Positions 37,638-47,075 of a stretch of 64,000 nt of DNA are shown here, in pieces. Under the pieces are notes generated by a model. That model worked only from the letters and a program-made list of their open reading frames with translations, was not told the origin of the DNA and searched no databases. The translations under genes and the position numbers were made by a program. Origin of the DNA: Sedimentisphaerales bacterium (GTDB lineage Bacteria > Planctomycetota > Phycisphaerae > Sedimentisphaerales > SM23-30); the NCBI GenBank assembly GCA_963663805.2, contig CAXXMR010000013.1, positions 288,001 to 352,000 on the forward strand, in the 5' to 3' direction. How positions within the stretch are numbered: position 1 is the first letter of the stretch; every line of letters starts with the position of its first letter.

Positions 37638-38609
37638 TCAACAACTGTTCAAATGCTCATTTGCCTTCAATGTTATCTCTCTATGAGAACATTTATTTTT
37701 TTCTATAAGTCCTTCCTGCAATAAATATGGCTCGATAACATTTTTAATTGTTTGAGTAGGAAGAGCCAGTTTAGATGAAATAACATTTAATGCAGATGGG
37801 CCATTCTCTTTTAAGATATTGAGATATTTTCTTTCAAGTTCATCCAACCCTAATTCATCGATTTGTAATAGTTCAAATGCAGAAAACGAATCATCTAAAG
37901 TAATAGCATTTCTACCTTGAGAAGAACAAACATTCCAGCATTGCTGAAGAATTCTGTTTAAGGCGATTCTAGGAGTTTTTTTGCTTCTTTTCGCAATTTC
38001 TAATAATACCTTTTTTGACGCAATATCCCATTTTAAGGCTAATGCTCTCTGTCTTATAATTTCTACTAAATCATTAATGGAATAATGTTCAAAGCGACAA
38101 TATATTCTCATGCGATTTCTTAATGCATCTTGAAGATAATATTCATGAGTTGTTGCCATTATTAGAGTAAAATTCTCCAGAGGAACAACCCTATTAAGAT
38201 TATTTGAACCTTGTTTAGGCAGATAGATTACTTTCTCTGAAAGAGCAGTTAAAAGAATATGTTGAGAGCGAGAGTTCATACCTTGGCATTCATCCACAAA
38301 GACAGTTGTATTTTCTGTTGCTGATAATAATATTGAGATTAATTCTTTGGAATCTGCAAGCATTTCCCCATTAGTCTCTACCAGGTCCAAATTAGCCAGT
38401 TCAGAATGCACAGCCTTCGCCACAAGGCTCTTTCCCGTCCCAGATGGCCCAACAAGCAAGGCTGGGCCAAATGAGCCACCAGAGCCATTCTGACGAGAAT
38501 TAAAGTAGGCTTCAAGATTAACTTTCAATAGATCAACTACTCTATCCTGGCCCTTAATATGGGCCAAAGAGGATATATTTACCTGATTTACATCTGTTCC
38601 AACTGCCAT
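37638..38609 (-). CDS. RuvB-like AAA+ ATPase (no ruvA in the window)
   Basis: GPSGTGKS, FVDECQ, MATT...LRNRM, TPRIA, winged helix EPYLLQEGLI. Confidence 0.85.
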   Translation of the reverse strand: MAVGTDVNQVNISSLAHIKGQDRVVDLLKVNLEAYFNSRQNGSGGSFGPALLVGPSGTGKSLVAKAVHSELANLDLVETNGEMLADSKELISILLSATENTTVFVDECQGMNSRSQHILLTALSEKVIYLPKQGSNNLNRVVPLENFTLIMATTHEYYLQDALRNRMRIYCRFEHYSINDLVEIIRQRALALKWDIASKKVLLEIAKRSKKTPRIALNRILQQCWNVCSSQGRNAITLDDSFSAFELLQIDELGLDELERKYLNILKENGPSALNVISSKLALPTQTIKNVIEPYLLQEGLIEKNKCSHREITLKANEHLNSC

Positions 38610-38645
38610 TTCTAAATTGTTCCTAAAAAGGCTTATCAACAAATT

Positions 38646-38675
38646 TATAAGACCAGATTTTTAGTATTCTGGTGG
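38646..38675 (-). promoter_or_regulatory. Island motif copy 5 (ahead of the ruvB-like gene)
   Basis: Reverse complement reads CCACCAGAAT-N16-TATA. Confidence 0.75.
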
Positions 38676-38983
38676 GTTTTCTCAAAAAATGGTGTGGTGT
38701 GATACCGCTAAAGAGCAGTAAAAGCAAGTGGCAAACTTATAAATCCTTATAAAATTATAAGGCAAAATGGAAATGAAACAGGGAGATCGGTCTGTTTTAG
38801 TATTGTTAGAGAGGAATTTAAAGATTTGCTGAATCAGTAAAACCTTATTATGACTCAAAAAATAGAAATAATTTTTATCGATCAAAAGTTTCATCGACCA
38901 ATTTGAAAAAGATGGATGTTCAATCCTGAACAAATCAAATAGAGAATATTTTGATACTCTGGCAAAAATGACTTATGGCTAAT

Positions 38984-39013
38984 CCGCCAGAATGGATAAA
39001 AATGGATTTTATA
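38984..39013 (+). promoter_or_regulatory. Island motif copy 6
   Basis: CCGCCAGAAT-N16-TATA; no clear ORF downstream. Confidence 0.65.
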
Positions 39014-39701
39014 AAATCAGAAAATATATTTGGCGTAACCCCGCCCCCTAGGGGTAAGAGATTGTGGGACTCCTACCTCAAAAATAGAGTCCCTAAAATC
39101 TGGATTTTTTACACAGGAATTTTTTGGGGGGAAAAATAATAAGAAAAATTATATAGGATGTTATTGGGGTGGTAAGTTTGTTCAAGATTGAACAAAACAA
39201 TATGGCTTGCTGTCGAATACTGACGCAAAAGTCCTGCGTGCTGATAGGTTATACTGGAGGCGTTTTTTTAAAAAAAATATCTTGACAAATTGAGCAATCA
39301 TGACTAATGGAATAGTTATGGTCTTTGTCTCTGCATTTCGTTTTAGCAGTGTAAGGCTGTGTGTGGCGAGAGGACTTTTGGTTACAGTTCTTTTGCTGTT
39401 AAGTTAGTTATAGTTTATTGCGATGTTATTATTGCGGTTGGGTGGAGATATTGCTGTAACTTTCCGGAGTGGGACGTTTTTGTCGTACTTTGGGGTCCAT
39501 ATGACGTTCTGTTTTGTCATATTCGGGGCTTTATCTTTTCGGTCGGTCAGTTTGGGCCTGAGTAGATCAAGTTTAAGCTGATTTTAGGGAATCATGGTGA
39601 ATGTACGCATATTGCGTCAGCAGGACATTTGTGCCTGTTTATGCAAGCAGGGTATGTACGTATAAAATATGTGTAGTTTATGCTTTTTTTGAGGTTTTTG
39701 A

Positions 39702-40391
39702 ATGCCACGACCAATAGTACGGATAGTAAAACAAGTTTTTGTTTATGATGAAGCTTTATTTTTCAAACACTTAGCTTATGAGGAAGTGTGTAAATGGAGT
39801 TCGATAAAATATCTATTTACAAAACGTTTTTGCCATTTTATGACTGCTCAATGTGAAGATGGATCTGTATATTGTGGACAGGTAAGTCCCGATAGGATGT
39901 TTAGTTCTGTAAATGATAAAATTCAAATAATTTATGAAATGTGGTATGACGAGATAAAAGACAAAGGTGCTATTGAAAGTTTCATTCTTTGTCCCAATTG
40001 GCATCCTAAACGTAATTGGCCTATAGCAATTTTTATTTTTTTTATTTTTTGGATACTTGCTGTTGTTTTGTTGTTAGCAGGTATAGTTGGACAAGTATTA
40101 TTTTTTCTGCTTTTTGGGGGTGCTATTGTTTTATTAGCAAATTTTTTGAAGTCACCAAATTTTATTTCAGAAATTTCTCAAAATGATGATTCTTTGAATT
40201 TGATTTTTAGTAGAGGGAATATTAAAAGCTATGCTTTTGAGGAAATATGTGTAGTAAATCTTGATAAGGCTGGGGTTTTAAAAAAGATTAGATTTTCAGA
40301 TGGATACGTTCTTAAAAATATTGAAGGTTTTTCATATTGGGTTGTTCTAAGAGAAAGAATTCTTAATCACAAAAAAGGTCTGATCGATTAA
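39702..40391 (+). CDS. Membrane hypothetical protein
   Basis: GAGG RBS, two TM segments. Confidence 0.55.
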   Translation: MPRPIVRIVKQVFVYDEALFFKHLAYEEVCKWSSIKYLFTKRFCHFMTAQCEDGSVYCGQVSPDRMFSSVNDKIQIIYEMWYDEIKDKGAIESFILCPNWHPKRNWPIAIFIFFIFWILAVVLLLAGIVGQVLFFLLFGGAIVLLANFLKSPNFISEISQNDDSLNLIFSRGNIKSYAFEEICVVNLDKAGVLKKIRFSDGYVLKNIEGFSYWVVLRERILNHKKGLID

Positions 40392-40429
40392 ATCATAAAA
40401 CGGATTATTACTGGACGGAAGACTACTGG

Positions 40430-41464
40430 TTGCGTAATGTGTCGTTTGTGGATGATGACGATAATGATGTCTCAGTTAGTTACCGTTATACGCCACAATT
40501 CGGCAATATGGTATATCGGGAAAAGGCCGTCAATGAGGCCGTAGTTGAGCGTAAGAAGATTATTTCCGATATTACCGGCAAATACCCGCTGGTTTTGATG
40601 GAAATCGAAATGGATGAATATTTGGAACCGGTGAGTTATCAATCGTACTATTATGCCAATAACCAGATTTTGGCTCAGTTGCAAAGAGATACGGTCAATT
40701 CTGACTGGTACTATTATCTTTGTGATCGCTTGGGTAGTGTTCGGACCTTGATAGATTGTAATTCTGATACTGTTAGTAGTTACACATATGATTCATTTGG
40801 TAATAGGTTTGAATCCGAAACCTATGAAAATCACACAGTAGATAACCCGTACCAGTTCGCAGGCTACCGCTGGGATGAAGACGCCGAAATGTTCTACTGT
40901 AATGCTCGGTGGTATAATCCGGAGATATACCGCTTTACAGGACGTGATCCGGTGAGAGGTGAATACGAGGACCCCCTGACGTTACATGCATATTTGTACT
41001 GCGTGAATGACCCGGTTGATTATATAGATCCATCAGGCAGATATGCGTTAGACGCGGTTGTGAATGCTATTGAAACATACACTTTGGGAGTAGAAATATT
41101 AGCAGCGGGTGTGGATACTGATAATGACACTATATTTAAAATAGGTGAATTTGTTACCGTTTTAACACCAGTTGTGTATGCAGTGAGTTTGGCGACGGGC
41201 GGAACTGACCTCGCAGATTTTTTTGGTGATGACAATAAAGGTTTGACTCCTGGTCAAAATGCTCTTAAAAATATCCTGAAAGAAAGGAGGAAAACCGGTA
41301 AACGACTTGATGATGTTGATGTTGATGTTGATATTATAAAGAATTGGGCAAAAGAATTAGGGTTAGTATTTCGTGATGATAGAGGAACTGATCATTGGAT
41401 CGGTGGCTCACATGTTCATGTAGATGGGATAGGTAAATGGGGAAATCATATCCCTATAAATTAG
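40430..41464 (+). CDS. Orphan Rhs core fragment with C-terminal toxin domain
   Basis: DRLGSVR, YTYDSFG, YCNARWYNP..RF..RDP, PVDYIDPSG; C-terminal HW...HVH...HIP. Confidence 0.85.
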   Translation: MRNVSFVDDDDNDVSVSYRYTPQFGNMVYREKAVNEAVVERKKIISDITGKYPLVLMEIEMDEYLEPVSYQSYYYANNQILAQLQRDTVNSDWYYYLCDRLGSVRTLIDCNSDTVSSYTYDSFGNRFESETYENHTVDNPYQFAGYRWDEDAEMFYCNARWYNPEIYRFTGRDPVRGEYEDPLTLHAYLYCVNDPVDYIDPSGRYALDAVVNAIETYTLGVEILAAGVDTDNDTIFKIGEFVTVLTPVVYAVSLATGGTDLADFFGDDNKGLTPGQNALKNILKERRKTGKRLDDVDVDVDIIKNWAKELGLVFRDDRGTDHWIGGSHVHVDGIGKWGNHIPIN

Positions 41465-41489
41465 AAAGCCTTTGGGATGGGAGCGATTT

Positions 41490-42083
41490 ATGAAAAATAA
41501 AAATGTAGGCTACCTTGTTGTCTGTGACGATTGTGAATATAACATATTATTGAAAGACGGAAGGAAATATTGTGGCATCGAAAAAGATTTGCCAAAATTA
41601 TTCTATGGGGATTTTTATGAGAATAATTTAGATGATCGAATTTTATCTATTTATGAAAAAATGTGTGATAATTACTTTTGTAATATTTTAACGGATTTTT
41701 TTGCAGAGGTGGAGTGTGCAAAAGAGTTGCGTGATTACTGTAACACAAGGTGGCCTGGCCATGAGTGTGAGATTATCTCCTTTAGCTTAGCAAGATACGA
41801 TAGGGTTCAAAGTGGATCAAGAAAATATGAAACCGAGTTTATCGGGTATGATGTGATTTTTGCGGGACATTGGTACTCTTTGATTCTAAACACTTTTTTT
41901 TTCAAAGAAGATATTTTTAGTAAATATTTGTATTCGATTAATGAATATGGTTTATTCTCAAACATATTTGTAATAGACCAATTCGTAACCAATTACCGTT
42001 TGATGGCTAAAAGTGATGTTTGTGAACCTCTGGGGGCAGAAAATAAATATTTAATCTTAGAAATAAATAAAATTATTGTTTAG
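41490..42083 (+). CDS. Putative immunity protein
   Basis: Directly follows the Rhs-CT; low GC; GGAG RBS. Confidence 0.6.
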   Translation: MKNKNVGYLVVCDDCEYNILLKDGRKYCGIEKDLPKLFYGDFYENNLDDRILSIYEKMCDNYFCNILTDFFAEVECAKELRDYCNTRWPGHECEIISFSLARYDRVQSGSRKYETEFIGYDVIFAGHWYSLILNTFFFKEDIFSKYLYSINEYGLFSNIFVIDQFVTNYRLMAKSDVCEPLGAENKYLILEINKIIV

Positions 42084-42140
42084 TTCCAAGTCTGTGTTGT
42101 TTAATTGTCACAATAAGTTACCGGCAAATACCCGTTAGTA

Positions 42141-42863
42141 TTGATGGAGATCGCTATCAATGAGGATCCGAATATAGTGGACAGTCAGTCGTATTACTAT
42201 GCCAATAACCAGATGGTCTCCCGTCTCGACCAGTCCAGCGACCCCAATGATAACGCCTGCTACTATTACCCCATCGACCGCCTGGGCAGCGTGCGGCTAA
42301 TGCTCGACACTAACGCTGCCCCGCAAAACAGCTACACCTACGACCCCTTCGGCAACCATCTCGAATCCGAAACCTATGAAACGGTAGATAATGCTTACCA
42401 GTTCGCAGGCTACTGCTGGGACCAGGACGCCGAAATGTTCTACTGCAACGCTAGCTGGTACAACCCAGAAATCTACCGCTTCACCGGTCGTGATCCGGTA
42501 AGAGGTAAGTATAAGGAGCCGTTGACACTTCATGCTTATTTGTATTGCGTGAACGACCCAATAAATAACAAAGACACAAATGGGAAATGCTTTTTTACCA
42601 TAGCGGTTTTTTTAGCTGGTTCCGCTATTCGGTTGTATTTGCAAGGAGAAGATAATGCTAGGGTTGGAGCTACTGTAACTGCCGCCTTGTCATTTATTGG
42701 TGTAATCATGGACTATTACCTATTTTGGCCAAAAGTACAGTCTGTTGTTGATAGGTTTGGTGGTAAGCAGACGCAAATACCAACAGAGAAAGGTATCAAT
42801 AAAATGGATGAAAATGAAATTATAGATAAATTTATTGAAAACCAACAAAAAAACTCGGGATAA
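42141..42863 (+). CDS. Second orphan Rhs core fragment with hydrophobic C-terminal domain
   Basis: Core similar to the 40430 ORF; shared TTACCGGCAAATACCCG at about 40572 and 42118; PINNKDTNG. Confidence 0.8.
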   Translation: MMEIAINEDPNIVDSQSYYYANNQMVSRLDQSSDPNDNACYYYPIDRLGSVRLMLDTNAAPQNSYTYDPFGNHLESETYETVDNAYQFAGYCWDQDAEMFYCNASWYNPEIYRFTGRDPVRGKYKEPLTLHAYLYCVNDPINNKDTNGKCFFTIAVFLAGSAIRLYLQGEDNARVGATVTAALSFIGVIMDYYLFWPKVQSVVDRFGGKQTQIPTEKGINKMDENEIIDKFIENQQKNSG

Positions 42864-42888
42864 ATAATCAAATATTAAGGGATGTAAT

Positions 42889-43125
42889 ATGAGAAAAAAA
42901 CACACGATAAAACCTATATTATGGTCACTAACGATTATAGTGTTTGTCTGGCTTGCAATTATTACAGGCAAGATGCGGGACTGGCCTATCTTCGGAATTG
43001 TTTTATTATTTCTTTCTTTTGTTCTTCATAGTTTTTTATTAGATATTCACTATACGAGCATCAAAAAACAATATGGTAAAATCGAAGAACATTTAAGATA
43101 CTTAAGTAAAAAAGAAGGTAGCTGA
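42889..43125 (+). CDS. Small 2-TM putative immunity protein
   Basis: Follows Rhs-CT2. Confidence 0.55.
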   Translation: MRKKHTIKPILWSLTIIVFVWLAIITGKMRDWPIFGIVLLFLSFVLHSFLLDIHYTSIKKQYGKIEEHLRYLSKKEGS

Positions 43126-43167
43126 ATTGAAGTGGTCAAAAGTTAACTCTATGAAAATTTTAATCTT

Positions 43168-43416
43168 GTGTTTATGAAAAAAAAACATTACATTATTTTT
43201 ATGGCACTTGCTTTTTTTTACGGAGCGGTGGTTTTGGGTTGGTCAGTTTTCTCAGGCTATAGGAAGCAGTGGGTAGAATTTGGTGTTGGCTTGTTTCTTT
43301 GTTCGATAGCAGTTTTTTTAATTATATCATTTGAGAACTACAGAAAAACAATGAAACAAATCTATAAGATAAACAATAAGCTTGACCAGCTTGTCGAAAA
43401 ACAAGAAGCCAATTAG
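43168..43416 (+). CDS. Small 2-TM putative immunity protein
   Basis: Same topology and basic helical tail as the 42889 ORF. Confidence 0.55.
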   Translation: MFMKKKHYIIFMALAFFYGAVVLGWSVFSGYRKQWVEFGVGLFLCSIAVFLIISFENYRKTMKQIYKINNKLDQLVEKQEAN

Positions 43417-43517
43417 CAACCATTACTGGGTTGTTTCTAAGCTAATCAAACATGGGTTGCAGTTGCAATCTCATTATTAATTGTTCCCTTTTTTGATACA
43501 CTTGACCTATTTTCATT

Positions 43518-44912
43518 CTAAGTGCCCTTTTTCTCAATTCTAAAAAACTCATTTTCAATCTTTAGACAGGCTTCTTTGAGTTCGTTATGAACCCTTCGGT
43601 GAGAATATCGTTCAGATGTTCTTCCCGTTGAATGACCCATAACCAAATTAGAATGATATTGACTTACTCCAACTTCATTAGCAATAGTCTGGAATGTGTC
43701 TCTTAGATGCTGAAACTCGACTTTCAGCAAATTACACTTTTTCCTTATCTCATAAATACGAGTTCTCAATCCTTCTGCATTTTTATATTCTGAACCGTGT
43801 CGAGAAGTAAAAAGAACGTCAGATATATCATTTCTAGTCCGTAAATACGCTTTTAAATCTGCGATAGTCCTATCCCACAGATATGCAATTTTACTACAAT
43901 TTCCCGTTTTTATTCTCTTGGTAATAAGAGTCTGTTCGCCGAAATCTATATCTGTAATTTTAAATCTTGCTACTTCTCTTAAATAGGTCGCTGTATTCAG
44001 ACAAAGCATCAAAACAGCCTTTACCTGTAAATCTCCCTTTTTATCAGCAGCCTCATATAACTTTTTGAAATCCTTATATTTTACTACTTGAGCCGCAATA
44101 GTATTAGAAGTATTAACTTCTAAACTTTCCCATTTATCAAAATAGTCCAAAACTTTCAAAAGTTTTGTCGTATCATCGAAGTTTTTAAGGTTGAACCTAA
44201 AGATTTTCGATACTCTGTTTTTGTAATGGTGGATCGTCTTATCTGCCAATTTTTTGGAGTGTAAATATGTTTCATACTTCTTAACATCTGCCAAAGTAAT
44301 TTGCTCAAGGTGTGTTTTGCCTATTAGACTACAGAACTCATTCCAAGTTTTTTTAGTTTTTTTCTTTTCGTCATCATCCTTAATATTTTTATATCTAGCC
44401 GAATTGACATAGTTATTAAAAAGTGTTTTTAATGCTATTTGCTCTTGTTGAACGTAATCGTAAAAATGATTGAAAGCGTCGATCCCTGTTTTCTTAGCTA
44501 ATTCATGAGGGTTTTGAAGTTCTTTCTTGAGCCAATTGATAAACTGCTCTTCAGTGGCAGGTTGAGTTATTTTATTTAATATATACTCTCCTGTCTCAGG
44601 ATCTATACTGGGCCCAAACCCCCAGGGATTCATAGCGGTTTGAATGGTTACGTTAACAGTCTTTTCAGCCTCTCCCTTGAGTCCTTTTACTATGGCTCTG
44701 AACTTAATGACAGCATTACCTAAATCTGATTTGAGCCATACCTGTTTACTTCTTTTGGCCCCTTCTCCAGCCAGTTCCTTGGGTATCATCGTGTAGTAGG
44801 AGTTTTTGCTTTTGTTGTAGGATAAGCCGATATCTCTGCCGTTGATTTTGTCGGATATTTCTGTGCCATTCTGGGTCTCATATACGGCTTTTATTCCTGT
44901 CTTTTTTCCCAT
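43518..44912 (-). CDS. Island tyrosine integrase
   Basis: KRIKTG, HLRDTF, MGHS..RY motifs; adjacent to attR. Confidence 0.85.
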   Translation of the reverse strand: MGKKTGIKAVYETQNGTEISDKINGRDIGLSYNKSKNSYYTMIPKELAGEGAKRSKQVWLKSDLGNAVIKFRAIVKGLKGEAEKTVNVTIQTAMNPWGFGPSIDPETGEYILNKITQPATEEQFINWLKKELQNPHELAKKTGIDAFNHFYDYVQQEQIALKTLFNNYVNSARYKNIKDDDEKKKTKKTWNEFCSLIGKTHLEQITLADVKKYETYLHSKKLADKTIHHYKNRVSKIFRFNLKNFDDTTKLLKVLDYFDKWESLEVNTSNTIAAQVVKYKDFKKLYEAADKKGDLQVKAVLMLCLNTATYLREVARFKITDIDFGEQTLITKRIKTGNCSKIAYLWDRTIADLKAYLRTRNDISDVLFTSRHGSEYKNAEGLRTRIYEIRKKCNLLKVEFQHLRDTFQTIANEVGVSQYHSNLVMGHSTGRTSERYSHRRVHNELKEACLKIENEFFRIEKKGT

Positions 44913-44990
44913 TTGGTTATCCTTTTAGCTGGACAATATAAGGTACTTGACCAATAATAATACTCGATTTTTGTGCTAAAAACAAGGGTT

Positions 44991-45013
44991 AATGTAGTAA
45001 GTAATGTAGTAAG
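44991..45013 (+). repeat. Tandem AATGTAGTAA pair (putative arm site, right)
   Basis: AATGTAGTAA-GT-AATGTAGTAAG. Confidence 0.7.
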
Positions 45014-45048
45014 AACCTGATTAAAGGAAAAAAAAGGATAATACTAAC

Positions 45049-45069
45049 GGGGTTCGAGTCCCCTTGGGG
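45049..45069 (+). repeat. attR: duplicated tRNA-Glu 3' end
   Basis: Identical to 9416-9436. Confidence 0.92.
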
Positions 45070-45077
45070 TATTAAGT

Positions 45078-45142
45078 AAGTCCCTGTAACAGCAGGCGTT
45101 AGCGCGAAACCGCGACTGCCTGCAACTACAGGGACTTTTTTT
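45078..45142. terminator. Long hairpin terminator after attR
   Basis: AAGTCCCTGTA...TACAGGGACTT with T-run. Confidence 0.7.
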
Positions 45143-45161
45143 GTCTCATTCAAACCTTTTT

Positions 45162-46538
45162 TTAATGAGCGACCGGTTCTCCCAGCATACCTTTCAGTTC
45201 GCCCAGCTTGCTCGCCAGCAGGTCGTCGTTTTGAGCTTCGACTACCAGACGCAGCAGAGGTTCGGTATTGCTCGGACGGCAGTTGAACCACCAGTCGTCG
45301 AACTGCACCGTTACGCCGTCCAGATGGTCCACCCGACCGTCGGAAAATTTTTCCGCCAGCTCTTTCATCATCCCTTCTTTGTCCTCAACCTCAAAATTCG
45401 TTTCGCCGCTGGTCTTGTATCTTTGCAGCGGCTTGACCAGTTCGCTCATAGGCTTGTCGGATTCCGAGAGAATATTCATCAGATGAGCGAAAGTTATCAT
45501 CGCACTGTCAGCGAAGTAATTGTCGCGATAATAGAAGTGCCCGCTAAGTTCTCCGCCGAACACCGCTTTGGTATCCTTGAGCGTCTTTTTCATAAACGAA
45601 TGACCGACTCTTTCACGACGCGGCACACCGCCGAATTTCTTAACTTCTTCCTCGACCACGCGGCTGGAACGCAAATCATAAACGATTGTCGAGCCGGGGT
45701 TGTCTTTCAGAAAATAGCCCGCGAACAGTGCCGTTGTAATATCGCAGCCGATAGTCTGGCCCTTTTCGTCAACCAGGATAAGTCGGTCGGCGTCGCCGTC
45801 AAAACAGATACCCAAATCAGCCTGCCGATTTTTGAGAGTCTGCTTGAGTTCCACCAGATTGCCTTCAACCAGCGGATTCGGGTCATGTTTGAACGTGCCG
45901 TTGCATTCAAAATTAAGCGGGATAATATCCAACGCGTCATCATCGAAAAGTTTGGTTAGCCATTTGCCCGCCATACCGTTTGAGGCGTCAACCACGATTT
46001 TAAGCTTTTTCAGATTATTGCCTAAAAACTGCCGTACGTGCTGACGATAAGGCTCGGTCAAATCCTGATGGGTTACCTGGCCGTTACCGGCGCCCGCCGT
46101 ATGACGCAGCGAAGTTGCGATATGTTTAATCTCCAGCAGCCCCGTATCACTGCCTACCGGACGGGCCTTCTGACCGCTGATTTTGAATCCGTTGTACTGT
46201 CCCGGATTATGGCTGGCCGTGGTCTGTACGCCGCCGCAGGTCCCCAGATGGTTCACCGCGAAATAAATCTGTGGGGTGTCAATCATGCCGATGTCAATCA
46301 CATTAGCCCCCGAAGCCGTCATGCCTTTGATGAGTGCTTCACTGAGTGATGGACTGTGGCTGCGCATGTCGCGACCAACCACCAGCGATTGAGAATTCGC
46401 CTGACCTCGTTCGTAGCCCTGCAATAGCGAACGCAGAAACTGAGCCGACGCGTGACCGATTTTCCAGGCCCCGTCTTCGTCAATCTGTTCCGGATACAAC
46501 CCGCGAATGTCATAAGCCTTAAAAATTTTCTCGTCCAT
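45162..46538 (-). CDS. Phosphomannomutase/phosphoglucomutase
   Basis: FKAYDIRG, TASHNP, FDGDADR, GELSGH, RPSNTEP. Confidence 0.95.
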   Translation of the reverse strand: MDEKIFKAYDIRGLYPEQIDEDGAWKIGHASAQFLRSLLQGYERGQANSQSLVVGRDMRSHSPSLSEALIKGMTASGANVIDIGMIDTPQIYFAVNHLGTCGGVQTTASHNPGQYNGFKISGQKARPVGSDTGLLEIKHIATSLRHTAGAGNGQVTHQDLTEPYRQHVRQFLGNNLKKLKIVVDASNGMAGKWLTKLFDDDALDIIPLNFECNGTFKHDPNPLVEGNLVELKQTLKNRQADLGICFDGDADRLILVDEKGQTIGCDITTALFAGYFLKDNPGSTIVYDLRSSRVVEEEVKKFGGVPRRERVGHSFMKKTLKDTKAVFGGELSGHFYYRDNYFADSAMITFAHLMNILSESDKPMSELVKPLQRYKTSGETNFEVEDKEGMMKELAEKFSDGRVDHLDGVTVQFDDWWFNCRPSNTEPLLRLVVEAQNDDLLASKLGELKGMLGEPVAH

Positions 46539-46556
46539 CAGAATTACCTTTCAATT

Positions 46557-46856
46557 TCAGTGAATTGTCTCGTCGTCGAAATCGTCCTCGTCGTCATCGT
46601 ATTTCCAACCGTCGGATTCTTCGAGGTCGTCCATTTCTCTTTTCATAAATTCAAACATCTTCTTCTGCATCGGGGCCAGCTTCTGATGCCATTGCAATGT
46701 TGCCTGATAGCAGTGCAGCAGAGCGTCCATCCGCAGGAGCTGCATCTTCTCCAGACACTCCGGCTCCTTGATAGTACTAAACGGGTCACACTTGAGCATT
46801 ATCCGCCCCGTGGCCTCATCCCGGCTGAAATATTCGCAATCCTTACATTGCAGCAT
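46557..46856 (-). CDS. Hypothetical Cys-containing protein with acidic tail
   Basis: 99-aa ORF with GGAG RBS, upstream of the phosphomannomutase. Confidence 0.7.
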   Translation of the reverse strand: MLQCKDCEYFSRDEATGRIMLKCDPFSTIKEPECLEKMQLLRMDALLHCYQATLQWHQKLAPMQKKMFEFMKREMDDLEESDGWKYDDDEDDFDDETIH

Positions 46857-47075
46857 CGAACAGACTCCCTGGCTTTCGCTAATATACCCTAATATCAGCC
46901 GGTATGCTAAACGATACCCCCACCTAAATCAAGCCGCAATGCAACCTGCTAAAACTATCATCTTGCCCTGGTTCGCCCCCATCATAAGGCCTTGCCTTGC
47001 ATCTAATTTCTTAATAAAACCCCCGTTTTTTCTCTCAAAAATCACCAAAAAATCGGAAAAAACACGAAAAAATCG

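Larger units (their letters stand above)
9416..45069. mobile_element. ~35.6-kb integrative island at the tRNA-Glu 3' end
   Basis: Direct repeat GGGGTTCGAGTCCCCTTGGGG at 9416-9436 and 45049-45069; integrase next to the right copy; AT-rich cargo. Confidence 0.92.

Noticed and set aside
39220..39630. Partial inverted similarity (CTGACGCAA/TTGCGTCAG) as possible element ends
   Set aside because: Short and permuted, with no TSD or transposase
9416..45069. Prophage interpretation of the island
   Set aside because: No recognisable terminase, portal, capsid, tail or lysis genes
45049..45072. Second tRNA gene
   Set aside because: Only the T-arm and 3' acceptor half are present; this is attR
45141..45959. 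272-aa + strand ORF and similar long antisense ORFs over mutS, uvrB and birA
   Set aside because: Shadows of well-supported genes on the opposite strand
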